A stretch of DNA of 64,000 nt from Setoptus koraiensis (Eukaryota > Animalia > Arthropoda): positions 1,240,001 to 1,304,000 of the forward strand of contig CM106586.1 in the NCBI GenBank assembly GCA_048013815.1, written 5' to 3'. Shown piece by piece: positions 49,294 to 63,310 of this stretch. Numbering within the stretch: the first letter of the stretch is position 1; each line of letters begins with the position of its first letter. Below the pieces are notes generated by a model. The model was not told the DNA's origin. It did no database searches and worked only from the letters and a program-made list of their open reading frames with translations. The translations under genes were made by a program, and so were the position numbers.

Positions 49294-51700
49294 TAGTCGA
49301 TGGTAATTGCTGCGATCATCATTGCGAGTGCACGTGATGTGCTTGTGTTTTTTCGCGAGAGGAAGTTGTCAGACGAGAGTAGATAAGTCACTCTCACAAG
49401 TGCCACTTATTTATGCCCACCAGTAGGCAATCATTCATCATTGTTAGCCGGCAGTGAGTGCGGTGCGACAGTGACGGGCTCTCTCTCGCTCGCTCGCAAA
49501 AGGGAAGCAGCTCAACAAAAACAAAACATAGGAACAGTTGTTGGCGCAAACACACACACTTACCTGTGCAACTCAGGTGATACCTGTGTTACACGACAAT
49601 ACCATGCCGGCCATACGAACAAACAAACTAGCAAGAAGTAATGAGAGTACGTGCAATACGTTGTGTATATGCTCGTTCCAATTATTGGCCACTCACTCAT
49701 GTGGAGAATCAATCAAATCACTGCGAAACTGGCGGCGCAACCCAGCGCGATCCGACGCGATCCGACGCGTTCTGGCGCGACCCAAAACGCGGCCCAATTC
49801 CACGACCAATTGATTTACATCACCCATTTCGCTCACACTGCCGCTCACACTGCCGCTCACCTGTGCGCCCGTTCACCTGTGCCCGGCTGGGTTAGCCGTG
49901 ATTTTGTCGTTGTCCCATTCTGATGCTCATTTTGGCCAACTGACCGAAAGTGACCATCGACCACTTTATAATTATAACATACTCTTTGTGTGACACACTC
50001 AAATCTTGAAAGCATCTTTTGACTTGTCTTGGTTGGGTGTGGCTCCCTTTTAGCGATCGTCGTCGTTGTGACGACAATCCCAACTCGTATTATTGTAGTT
50101 TATGACAAAACGGCGAGCGATGATGGATATAATTGTCGTTGTTGCTGTCATTACAACTGGTCGCGTCTTTTGTCTAGCCTAGTGATAATCGCAAATTATT
50201 ACACAACGACTCATGAATGTAAAACATTGCTATTTACGCATTTTCGTGTGTTTGCACACACATTTTGTGCGTTTACACATATTTTGCGCGCTGACAAATT
50301 GCGCCTCTTCATTGTGATCATTTCTCATAGAAATCTCGTCGTAGTAAATAGCGAATCATTGAGTAAATTTATCTCAATTTGTGCTCCTCTCTTTTGCTTG
50401 CTTGTGATGAGAATTGTGATGAGAAGCCCGTTGAATTCATTGCAAGCGAGCGCCGTTTTGAATTGACAGCAGGTGCTTGTCACAATGAATTTTGTAGAGT
50501 TTTTATTCAAGAAATGAGACGCGCAAAAAGCACGACACACAAATGGACGAATGTTGCATAGACTCGACTATGCGAATGGGCTCACAATTGTCAGCCACTA
50601 TGTGGGCCAACTTTTCGGTTGTGTCGCCAATTGTGACTGTTTCTCTGTCGTGTCTGTCTAGTGTCTAGACTCTGTAGTGAGCTTGATCATCTCTCTCGAC
50701 AGCTCGACAATTGTCAATCAGTTCATTTGACAACAATTGATTTAAAGGGCTTAAAATGCGTTTAAGTGAGCAACTGGACCACACTTGTTGTTTGTGTCAT
50801 TGTGTTCACTGGCGTGTGTTGTTTGTTTGCCGACACACACGAATATTCGTGTCGCTTGTTTGTTCATATGGCACAAGCCAACAACCACTATAAACTCTAT
50901 AGAACATGCCAACAACAACAACGACAGCAACAGCAACAACGACAACCAACAAACTAAAACAGCAACAACAACAAACTAATTAAGAGAATTAGTTTAGAAT
51001 TAGGAGAATCAAGAGAGAATAACTATGATCAACTAGACAGACATGGCACAACGAATAACAAATAGCAAATTATGGATCCGGTCGTCTTATCGTGTTTTAA
51101 ACCTTTATCATCTTGATCATTATTATTGTTGCCACAAGCAGTGTTATTACCATCATCATTATTATCATTAGGGTGTGTGTCTTTTAACCAGTAACCAGTA
51201 ACCAGTGACCAGCAACCAGCAATAACAGCATATGCCAAGCGGCCACTAATTAGCACTAGTCAGAGTGTCATTTAATTGTAATTTTTTGTGTTTATATTTC
51301 TATTTTTTCTCTCTCATAAACTGTCAGCACATTGATGCTCATCCTGAACTGGCGATCATAATTAGTGTATAATAGTATTTGTTTGTCTGGCCTCTCTATG
51401 TTTGTGTGCCCGTCCTTTGTGTCCTCGTGAATGACGTACGTGAATATATTTTATATTTTAATTTATATAAACTCATGTCGTCTGGTCTCGTTAACCCATG
51501 TCGTTCAGTCATATTAACTTTCGCTCGCTCCCTCTCCCTCTCTGTTGTCCTGTTTTTCTCTCCCTACAATCGGCAAGCTATCGGCAAGCTATCGGCAAGT
51601 TTGCGAGCGCGAATCCAACAAGAACAAGAATAATCAGACACGAATTATGCTGATTGTTGCCATTGCAGATATCGGCATTGCCTTCATGTGCCTCTTGTGT

Positions 51701-52582
51701 CTATTGTTTGTTGCCATAGTACTGACGCTTGTGATTAGTGTCGGGCTTGTAGAAATAATACTTCATTATGGCCAGTTGATCCTGTTCGGAGAGGCCATCG
51801 GCGATGCCCAACGGACTGGCCAGTGAATTCTCTAAAACCGCCAAGTAATCGGGCACCAATTCGCCAACATCCAACTGCTGCTGCTGATAGTTGCGCTTGC
51901 CAAATCTTGGAGGAAGTCGCATGGAAACTGGAGCATTTCTAATGGTCTTGTGACCGCTGGTCACAAGTGCGCCGTCCATTATAAAAGAGCCAATGTCTCT
52001 GCCTAGATAATTTCTAGCCGAATGATGATGATTATTGGAATTGGTGATATAGTTGTTGCTGTTTGGCGAGCTCATATGACCCACCGCTCGTCTGATCGCC
52101 TGTTTCCATAAGCCTATATTGTCTTGCTGAGCTGGGTCTTGTCTCAGGGCCGCTTGCAAAACTGCTGCACCTGTTTCGTCATCGTTATCGCTGGTATCGC
52201 TGCTTAATGATGACGATGATCTAGTTTCGTCATTTTGTTGTTGTTGTTGCTTGTTGTTGTTGTTGTTGTTGCTGTTGACCAATTGTTGCAAATCGTTCAA
52301 GTTGTCTGATGCCGACGATGTGAGCTGTGAGCTGTCCTTTGAATAAGCATTTGTTGACAGTATTAATGAATTAAACTGAACAATGACAGCCACAACCACT
52401 AATGATATTATCAAATGACTTGCCTTGAATTTAATCTTGTTTTTGTTGTTGTTGCTGTTGTTGTTGTTGCCGTTGTTGTTGGTGGCATTAATTGATGTGC
52501 TCATGCTACTGACATTATCAAAAGTCGTCAGTAGTTCTGATACCAAGAATGATACTTCTTTTCGTTCACTTGAGTTTGTCAT
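51701..52582 (-). CDS. RFamide neuropeptide precursor (~293 aa) encoding NAPVSMRLPPRF-amide
   Basis: Hydrophobic signal/anchor segment HLIISLVVVAVIVQFNSLILSTNA and a low-complexity propeptide, then KTIR|NAPVSMRLPPRF-G-KR (amidation Gly plus dibasic site). An AG acceptor (cacag at 52596-52592) lies just upstream of ATG 52582; an alternative ATG is at 52504. Confidence 0.75.
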   Translation of the reverse strand: MTNSSERKEVSFLVSELLTTFDNVSSMSTSINATNNNGNNNNSNNNKNKIKFKASHLIISLVVVAVIVQFNSLILSTNAYSKDSSQLTSSASDNLNDLQQLVNSNNNNNNKQQQQQNDETRSSSSLSSDTSDNDDETGAAVLQAALRQDPAQQDNIGLWKQAIRRAVGHMSSPNSNNYITNSNNHHHSARNYLGRDIGSFIMDGALVTSGHKTIRNAPVSMRLPPRFGKRNYQQQQLDVGELVPDYLAVLENSLASPLGIADGLSEQDQLAIMKYYFYKPDTNHKRQYYGNKQ

Positions 52583-53109
52583 CTTGCTAACCTGTGTCCA
52601 GTATATTGTATATACTGTATTATACTGTTGTAGATAGACTGACACTGACTGACTGTAGCCGTATGGTAAGTTGTTGTGTTGTTGTGTTAAAAGTGTCACT
52701 TACTTTTATACTGGCCTCATTATTTGTTTGTGTCTGTGTTTATGTGTTTATGTGTTATCCAACCAGCTTAGTGGGCTCAAGTGAACGCAAACGCCAGATT
52801 ATGAGACTAAGATAGAGTGCGATAAAACAATTCTAAAAAGCAACTTGTCTGCTGCCATCGGGGGCCAGGTATTGGTATTTATTGTATTGTCAAGTGCTTG
52901 TATATCCAGTAGCGAGTAGCCTCAGTGCTATGCGATGATGATGATGATGAGGATGACGTAACAGTCACTATGTAGGCACTATAAGCGACAAAAAACACGC
53001 ACCAGTCAATGAGCCTATTGTGTTGGTTGGAGTATTGAGACTAGGCAGAGAGCCCTTTGATTGACAATTGATCATTTGACAGGTCGCTGCAGGTTGAAGT
53101 CACTAGAGT

Positions 53110-53175
53110 CGCAAGTGTCGCTAGTGTCGCTAGTGTCGCCAGTGTTGCAAATGTCGCTAGTGCCTCTAGTGTCAC
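53110..53175. repeat. Degenerate 9-bp tandem repeat (GTGTCGCTA)n, about 7 units
   Basis: gtcgcaagtgtcgctagtgtcgctagtgtcgccagtgttgcaaatgtcgctagtgcctctagtgtcac. Confidence 0.7.
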
Positions 53176-56100
53176 AGTTGCGCAACGCAGTTAGCTGAGT
53201 GAGCTTGTTGATGATGGGCCACAAATGAGCTCTGTGAGGCCCTCGCCAATAGATACTTAACCAGAGCATACAAACAAACAAAAAGGTAACAAACAGAAAC
53301 GTGTCATTAAATTGTGTGCAAATAGCGCGACACAACATTAGTTGGCGGACAGACGGGCGGACAGACGGACAGATAGTTGTATTAATATTACATATTGGCA
53401 ATGTTAAAGAGATCAAAATTATATCCAAGTGGCTGCTGGTCGCTGGTTTGCTGGTCGCTGGTTTTGCTAGTTGCTGGTTCGTTTGTTTATTAGTTGCTGG
53501 TGCACTTACTCAGCCAGGCTTAGTGTGTATTTTATAAATAAAGCATCATTACAAATAAATAAATCGACTGACAAGCCTCCGTGTGGGCGGATAGTAGTAG
53601 TGGGTTGTGGTAGCTTCACAACTAAAAACAATTGAATTCCCCAGGACACTTGTTTAGCTATTAGTTAGCTAACTAAACAGCAGCTAACCAGCACACCAAC
53701 AGCACCACCTAAATCAGCCTATAAACTAAACCATCCATCTATGTACAGATAAAAATACATATAAACTGGCCATACTCATCTGGGTATAATAAAGCCATCA
53801 CCAATAGATGATTTTATTGTTCACAGGTAAACTGGAAAAGGGCATTAGTTGGCGATTGTGTGCGTGTGTCTCTCTCTCTCTCTCTCTCCCTCGGCCCACC
53901 AACCAGCCTACTAATGACAGCTAAATTGTCAACTGCACAACAACAACCACACTGGCTCAATTCTTCTTGCTCGTGCTGATCTTGCATCATTAATCATTGG
54001 CCACGTTGTTACTTTTTGTCTGTGTCGTCAGATATGACCGTTTTGTCAATTGTTTTTCAATTGTCAATTGTCGCCACGTCGCTTTCATACTGTCTCTACT
54101 ATCACGACGTGAGATGGCGTCAGTTCCAACTGGCACCATCCACATATTTGAGTATACCATCATATGCATACATGTATATTTTCGTTCATCACCATATCCG
54201 TTTCTATACATCCGTTACTATATATCCGTTTCTACGTATATATACGTATATATAAGTATATTATACGTATACATCAGTGAGTCAGTATGCGCCGCGTGTG
54301 CAAACAAACCACTACAAAACAGCCACACATACGACGCTTGTTCATGTACATATGAATACCGTTATAAATGATAATTGTCTTGCGAAAATCGTCGGCGACA
54401 AACAACTGTGGACAGGGATGATAATGATGATGGCACAAAGTGAAGACAGAGTTCATTTGCAGCAGCTCGATGCCAGTTGTACACGAGTTCATTAAACTGC
54501 TCTAGTTCCTTATCTTCGCTCACTAATAACTACTCTTGATATATCTTTGAGCGGCCATTGGAATAGCCGCTCAAAAGTACTGGCGAATTGCCCGACGGCC
54601 CGTGCGCCAGATAAAATCGCACAAAAGAACCAATCGCATTCAATAATGGAATAGTGAGCAGCAACTCGATCATCATGATCGTCATGACCCTAGAAACTGT
54701 GGACCAAAGAAACCAACACCAATCGATTGACCACACGCGCGCTTGACCACATGATGGCAAATAGACAAATAGCTTCTTCTCCGTTAGTTCAGATATTTTA
54801 CACAATTTATTCGCGCCGGCTACCAATGCTACTGAAAGAAAAGGGCAAAACTCAATAATAATAGCATTCTATGCACTGAAATACAAAGAGAAAGTGAAAT
54901 ATTTTCTTCTCTGTTGCGGTTGCGGTTGCAGTGGCCGTTGTAGCTGCTGTTGCTGGCATGATGATCAGAGTGAAGGGTAATTTGACAGGTAAAGAACGAC
55001 GACAGGTAACGCAGTCGAACACAACGCCGCAGACGTGCCACTATGTCGTGCTTATCACTAATGATGGTGCTGCTGTTTCTGTTAATGTTGTTCCCTCTAT
55101 CCCTTTGCCGGTCAAGTGGCGCTGCGTTGGTGCCCTCAGACTCTGTAATATCCATTATAAATTACTATACGCACAAAAAAGTTTTGTACATCTAACGGCA
55201 TGTCGTCGGCTTTATCCTTTCGCCATCCTCACGCGCACTAAATTATACCTGTATCTCACTAGTACCTCTCTCTACCTCTGATAAATTCATGATCGGAACA
55301 CAAAATCTTTCATCGTTTCGCAAAATGAATTCCCAATTCTCAATATTCGTGGCCACAATCAAGACTCCTATTACTCATATATAACTCACGAAACCCAGTC
55401 TCAACTGGTAGTCAGGTGGACAGACAAACAGAGAGGCCATCCACTCGTTGACATTTCGGCTTCTTGTGTGGCTCAGTATGTGGAAGACCCCCCACAGACG
55501 GCTCATTATTGGTGAAAGAGGAACGGGTCATAGTTTTGGTGACTTATTGACACTATCAATACTTAACTGCGTTCGTCCACTGTCAAATAGAAACTGTCGT
55601 TTATCAGAATATTTTATAGACACACAACACCCCGACGACAGAGCTCACGGTGAGTTCCACGCTGTGTTAGCACTGTACGGATGAACGAATGTATAAATGT
55701 TGATATCATTATTATCTTTAGGAGCTGCACAGTTGATGCGTTTCGAAACACCAGACACAACTGGCGAAGAACCACGCGAAATATTCAAATGATCAGTTGG
55801 TCCGGAGCTTTGTATCAACCTCAATCTATCAACATGATTAACTGCATTATAGGTACTATAATATAGCCAAAAATATATATGAACAACAAGGGCGCTCTAG
55901 TATTTACATTCTGTTGGCAATAACAAAATAGGCTGACACAAAGATGCAGAGTTTGTATGAATCAATACATTCCATCCTTGTGAGTAGTAAGAGAATCCGT
56001 TTGCTATACACCCTTGGGTAACAGGTAAAATTATTCCCATCTAGATCGACCTCTTGGCTCTCTCAATCTGTATTATATTCTATGTACTATATACAGCACT

Positions 56101-56482
56101 TCTGAACATATCATAACATTTGCAAGTTGAGCGAAGGATTAGCTCAGAGATGTCAAAGACAATAAATTGGAGAGGTTTAGTTCCAGGTTTAGTTCTTGAC
56201 CGATCGACACACAGTGGATTGTGAATGTAAAAAAATGCATCTAAGTTGTATTTTATTTTCGGGATTGGGGACCTAAGTGTAGCGGTATCGCAATCAAGTT
56301 CAACAAAGAATTTTATGAGATTTAATTATAATCTCGATGGGACGTATTCTGAAATTTCTCTTTGTTTGGCTATTGCATCTTCTGAAGAAAACACTATCAA
56401 GATAGTTAGATAAATAATTTTAAGAAATAGATAGAATGTTTGGTTGTGATCCTAATTACATAAATAGGTTGAACACCAGTTT

Positions 56483-58555
<2,073 letters not shown>

Positions 58556-61500
58556 AATTATTGTATATGACGTGTTATATATAGCTAAGTTCTAGAAGTA
58601 GTAATAAATAGATTGTCATCAACCTAAAGAAGAAGAATATGAAAGTTGCCGTTTTCGCCTATCACTTGGTCATTTTGTCATTTGATTTTCATTGAGTGCA
58701 ACACTAGAATGAGGGCAATATTACACAATAGAGAATGATAGATCTATCCTATTATCTGCACCATAAATACATTATCCTTCCAAGGGTTAGTTTTTAATCT
58801 CTTAGTTATATATAAATATATTTGCTTGGCAAGATGATGTTTTTGACTTATATCCTAGTGAGCCACGATGTATTGATAGTGAATTGTAAATTGATCAATT
58901 CTTTAAGTAGATTATCCGGCTGTAAACAACGGATCCCGTGTGGTGTCGTGCCAACATTGACGAGTAGTTCAAGTTTATAGAATGGATGATAGTGATAATG
59001 TCATAAGAAATCTTTTGTTTGTTACTCGATAATGCTGTATCAGAATGATGAGTCTTACATTGACGAATAACATGAACATATGATTTTACGAAAAATGTGC
59101 CGCTCTTGAAAATCAGACACCTACTGTGCAGACCGCATCACATTGTGAACGAGTGAAAACAGGTGAGTCGAATGCAACCGTAATCAGATGTTTGTTTATT
59201 TCAATCTTCTAAACAGTCACATCACAAGTCAATGTTAGTATAACCATCATATATCAGGATAAAAATTACATACACGTGGTGATATCTGAATCTTTGTAAT
59301 CTATATCTGTTGTCAACTCTACTCTTCGAATTCTTGTATTAACACATGTTTGAAAAGAGACACACCAGAGGGTTCTAAAACAAGCAACATTATGCAAGAA
59401 TCATAAAACAATTGTCGAAACTTTCGACCGCTGCTAGTTTCTCTGTAACTCAAAAATTTGTCGAGCCGGTTGTGCCCTGGTCTGTCTTGTCGCGTCTTTT
59501 CATACGGTTTTCGTCTCTCTTTCCATGGACCGGCGCACAAATGTGTAAGCCCTCATCTAAAAGAGAAATGCGAGCCCCTTCCGTTGAAAAATCTCATGGG
59601 TTTTTTTTCTTTCCGTCACTTCGGTAGGGTTCGCTTTGTTACCGAAGTGTCTTGCAAGTGCAACGGAAATATACGGCAAGATACTCCTCTAAGAAAGGAA
59701 GAGATGGAAGAAAGACCAGAAATAGGCGTCAATCAGAGGGTGAGTTTTTCCGTAGCATGAGCCATGACCCATAGAGCACATTGATTCTCAAACGGATAAC
59801 AATAGGAGATAGAGAGGTGAGCTTGGTTTTAAGTCCGCTAGATCTATGACTGCAATGAATAGGCCGAACCACTTGTCAGTTATGTGGAATTCGAGATGTC
59901 GATTGGCCTATCGAATTCCAGAAATGAAAGTCGCTTTGAGTACAACTTTTGATACAACTTGAAGATACTATAAATGCCGCTACTAATCGGTTAGTGCGCG
60001 GGCGTGCGTTGGTAACGTTAGCAAGACGTAGGGCATCAATATAAAGGCCAGGACAATGCCACTGCAACAATGGTATCCAGTTTGACATTAGATTGTTAGA
60101 TTTACAACATGACAGTTTGTTGTACCTGAGATTTTTTGACATTCGAATCGCGCGCTTTGAACAGTGTGTTCACAAAGCATGGATCATTATGACCACAGTG
60201 CATGAGCCATACCTGGAATTTATATCATATAGCTTTGAAATAGAGTAGTGTTGATCAAATTGACTGAATGCCATTTGTTGTGTCATTATATCATATCGTG
60301 CTCGATGATGTGGTACAACTGTCTAAACAAATGATGAACAGATATGTTGTGAGAAAGAGAGGGAAAGATAAAAGTCAGGTAAAGGGCGCCTGCTCTTGTG
60401 CGATTATTTACATGTGTGTGTGATGATTATAAGCTGGTAGTGGCATGCATCCATTTGCAATGTGCGTGTACGCAAAGTTATATATATATATCAATAGTGG
60501 CACTGGCTTACATAAGAAGCCAAATGCATAGTGTTTATATTGACGACGATGATGATGATCAAGATGTGTGTTAATTTGTGTTAATGACTAAGACAACTTT
60601 GAGCCAGCGCCATGCACACACGAGTCCATGGAAAATCATAAGTAACTATATATATAATCGACTCTAGACTTTACATAAAGTTACATAAAGTCTAGAGTCT
60701 AGAGTCTAGACTACGACGACGAAAACAACCCGACTAAAGGTATATGCCACATTAGAGATTGCCAGCTTGTCTTGTGAGTCATTCGCAGTGAGAATGTTAG
60801 CGTGTGCCTACTTGTTGGTGCGTACAGTGGTGCAGCAGTGGTGCTACAAACGGAACCGATTGAGTCCAAATCTCACATGTATGTATGGTTGCTTTTGATC
60901 AACAACAACCACAAACAAACAAACGAATGGACACACAAACAGCAAACGCCCAAAGAGGCGCACTGACATGAGTACAGATAGAGACAGTGTGGTTGTTATA
61001 TAATCGTTATAACTATGTTTGCGTACAATGGTTAATGAACACCTTGGAATTGGTTGATGAGGCGCGCTCTGGCGTTGGGTCTGACGTGACATTGATCGCA
61101 CCGTCAGTGTGTTGCTTGCCGCCGGATCTGTGCCGCCTGCCTGCGTGTGTGTGTGCGTGTGTGATTGTGTGCCGATGCGCCGCTTGTGTGTGTGTGTGTG
61201 CGTGTGTGTGTGTGTTGCAATTTTGGCGTATAGAACTGGGAGTGGGGTGTAAAAGTAAAAATAGACTTTGCGAGCGCACCAGTGCACAGATGAATCGATT
61301 TGTGCAATCAATGTCAGTTGTCTAGGCTGGCACATAAATTGCTAAAATACGCTCATTGCTCGCTGTCAGTATAAATGGTGCATTTTGTATGTTGGCGCAT
61401 GAATGGCAATTGTATTGATCAGAGAATGAAGTAGCTGCGACACACAACTGCTGTTGCTGCTCCTGCTGCCAGCACTATCTGCTGCAACGTCAAGGAGAAA

Positions 61501-62105
61501 ACGGGGGAAAATTCAATGTCAGATTGACAAGGCCGATATAGTGAGGGGGGCGGCGCGCCGAGCGAACTGCAATAATCAGACATCAGCAGTATTATACACA
61601 CAGTACAGTGTGTATAATACTGCTGCTAATGTAGTACAACACGCAAGAATAAGAGAAGAACAAGTTGCTCGCATTATAACAGCAATGGTGAATAAATTAC
61701 TATTATCAATAATATTATTATTATCATTATTATTATCATCATATACAGTATATAGATACGACGACCAGCACACACACACACACACGCATAGCTTATGCAT
61801 ACAACTATACATATGTATACATTTTGCTAAATTTTTATAATATTATCACTCACTATTGCTATTATATCATCATCATCATATTCATTCGATACTCACAAAC
61901 ATCTTTACAGTGTTGATACACACACACACACAACTACCAATCGTATTCATTCACGCCGCTAATTAGATATCATCGTTGGCCGCTTATTGGGTCAGTCGCA
62001 GCCGCTACAGTGACTTGTGTGAGTCAGCTAAACACGACATTACACAACAACAACAATTCACACATTAATTGTTAATTGTTAACATTAAACAACAACCACA
62101 ACAAC

Positions 62106-63263
62106 ATGAATAGAACACGTGTACTCAAGGAAGCCCAATTGAGGCGCCTCAAGGAGCACAAATACAGCTCCTCGGGCTCCACTATGCTGGACAAATATAT
62201 GCAAATCTACTGGGAATGGGTTGTATCACATCTTCCTCTTTGGCTTGCCCCAAACACAATGACTTTATTAGGCTTAATTGTTGTTATCATAGCAACAACC
62301 ATATTAATATATTATAGTCCCGATGCCAAGCAAGACATGCCACCATGGACAATGTTATTGAGTGCATTAAGTGTATTTATTTATCAAACCCTAGATGCTT
62401 GCGACGGTAAACAAGCTAGAAGAACTCAATCCCAATCTCAGCTTGGTGAATTATTTGATCATGGATGCGATTCATTGTCCACTATATTTATTTCTATTAT
62501 GGTAGCAATTACATGCCAACTTGGATCAAACCCTCCATTACTGTTTTTTCAATGCGCCTTTGCAATTTGTTTATTCTATTCAGCACACTGGCAAACTTAT
62601 GTCTCTGGCACATTGAGATTCGGCAAGTTTGATGTCACAGAAATACAATGTAGCATAATGTCCATGCTTATATTAACAGCTGTATTTGGTAGTAAACTTT
62701 GGTCGCTCTCAGTACCTGTAGTTAATATTTATATGAGTACGTTACCTGTTATTGGGGCAACAATTGGCGGGTCATTAGCGTTTTATGACTACTTTAGAAT
62801 AATATTCACCGGAGGTGTTGGTAGAAATGGTTCATCAGTGGCAGGCACCAGTGTACTATCGCCATCAATACCATTAGCTTCGGTTATAGCGCCAGCTTTT
62901 TTTATTTGGCAAAAATCACCATCTGGATTATATGAAAATAATATTTGCCTATATATTTTATGTATAGGATTTATAGCAACCAAGATTACAATGCGACTTA
63001 TTGTCTGTCATATGAGCAGAAGCGAAATGGATTACTTTGATTCTTCCATGATTGGACTGTTATGTTTATTCTTGAATCAATATTTTGATTGTATGTTAAA
63101 CGAAACGACAGTCCTATGGTTAGCCTTCCTATACTCAGTCTACGATCTCATTAGTTATTCTAGCTCACTATGTCAAGAAATATCAGAATATTTGAATATT
63201 TACACATTTACAATATCCAAAAGGGTACAAAAGGATAGGAGGACTTCTAGACGACAATACTAA
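62106..63263 (+). CDS. CEPT1: Choline/ethanolamine phosphotransferase 1 (intronless, ~385 aa)
   Basis: CDP-alcohol phosphotransferase motif LDACDGKQARRTQSQSQLGELFDHGCD, plus LKEHKYSS, WLAPNTMT, HWQTYVSGTLRFGKFDVTE and GGVGRNGSSVAGTSVLSP. The first ATG is at 62106. Confidence 0.94.
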   Translation: MNRTRVLKEAQLRRLKEHKYSSSGSTMLDKYMQIYWEWVVSHLPLWLAPNTMTLLGLIVVIIATTILIYYSPDAKQDMPPWTMLLSALSVFIYQTLDACDGKQARRTQSQSQLGELFDHGCDSLSTIFISIMVAITCQLGSNPPLLFFQCAFAICLFYSAHWQTYVSGTLRFGKFDVTEIQCSIMSMLILTAVFGSKLWSLSVPVVNIYMSTLPVIGATIGGSLAFYDYFRIIFTGGVGRNGSSVAGTSVLSPSIPLASVIAPAFFIWQKSPSGLYENNICLYILCIGFIATKITMRLIVCHMSRSEMDYFDSSMIGLLCLFLNQYFDCMLNETTVLWLAFLYSVYDLISYSSSLCQEISEYLNIYTFTISKRVQKDRRTSRRQY

Positions 63264-63310
63264 TAAACTGTTACAAAGATTATTAAATTAGATGAATTTC
63301 AAGTCTTTAT

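Noticed and set aside
54530-55684. Three 78-116 aa ORFs, one preceded by a polypyrimidine-AG and one ending at a GTGAGT donor-like site
   Set aside because: No recognisable domain, and they could not be joined into a coherent gene; would need RNA-seq.
60844-61840. ORFs rich in HT/CV dipeptides
   Set aside because: Translations of (CA)n/(GT)n microsatellites upstream of CEPT1.
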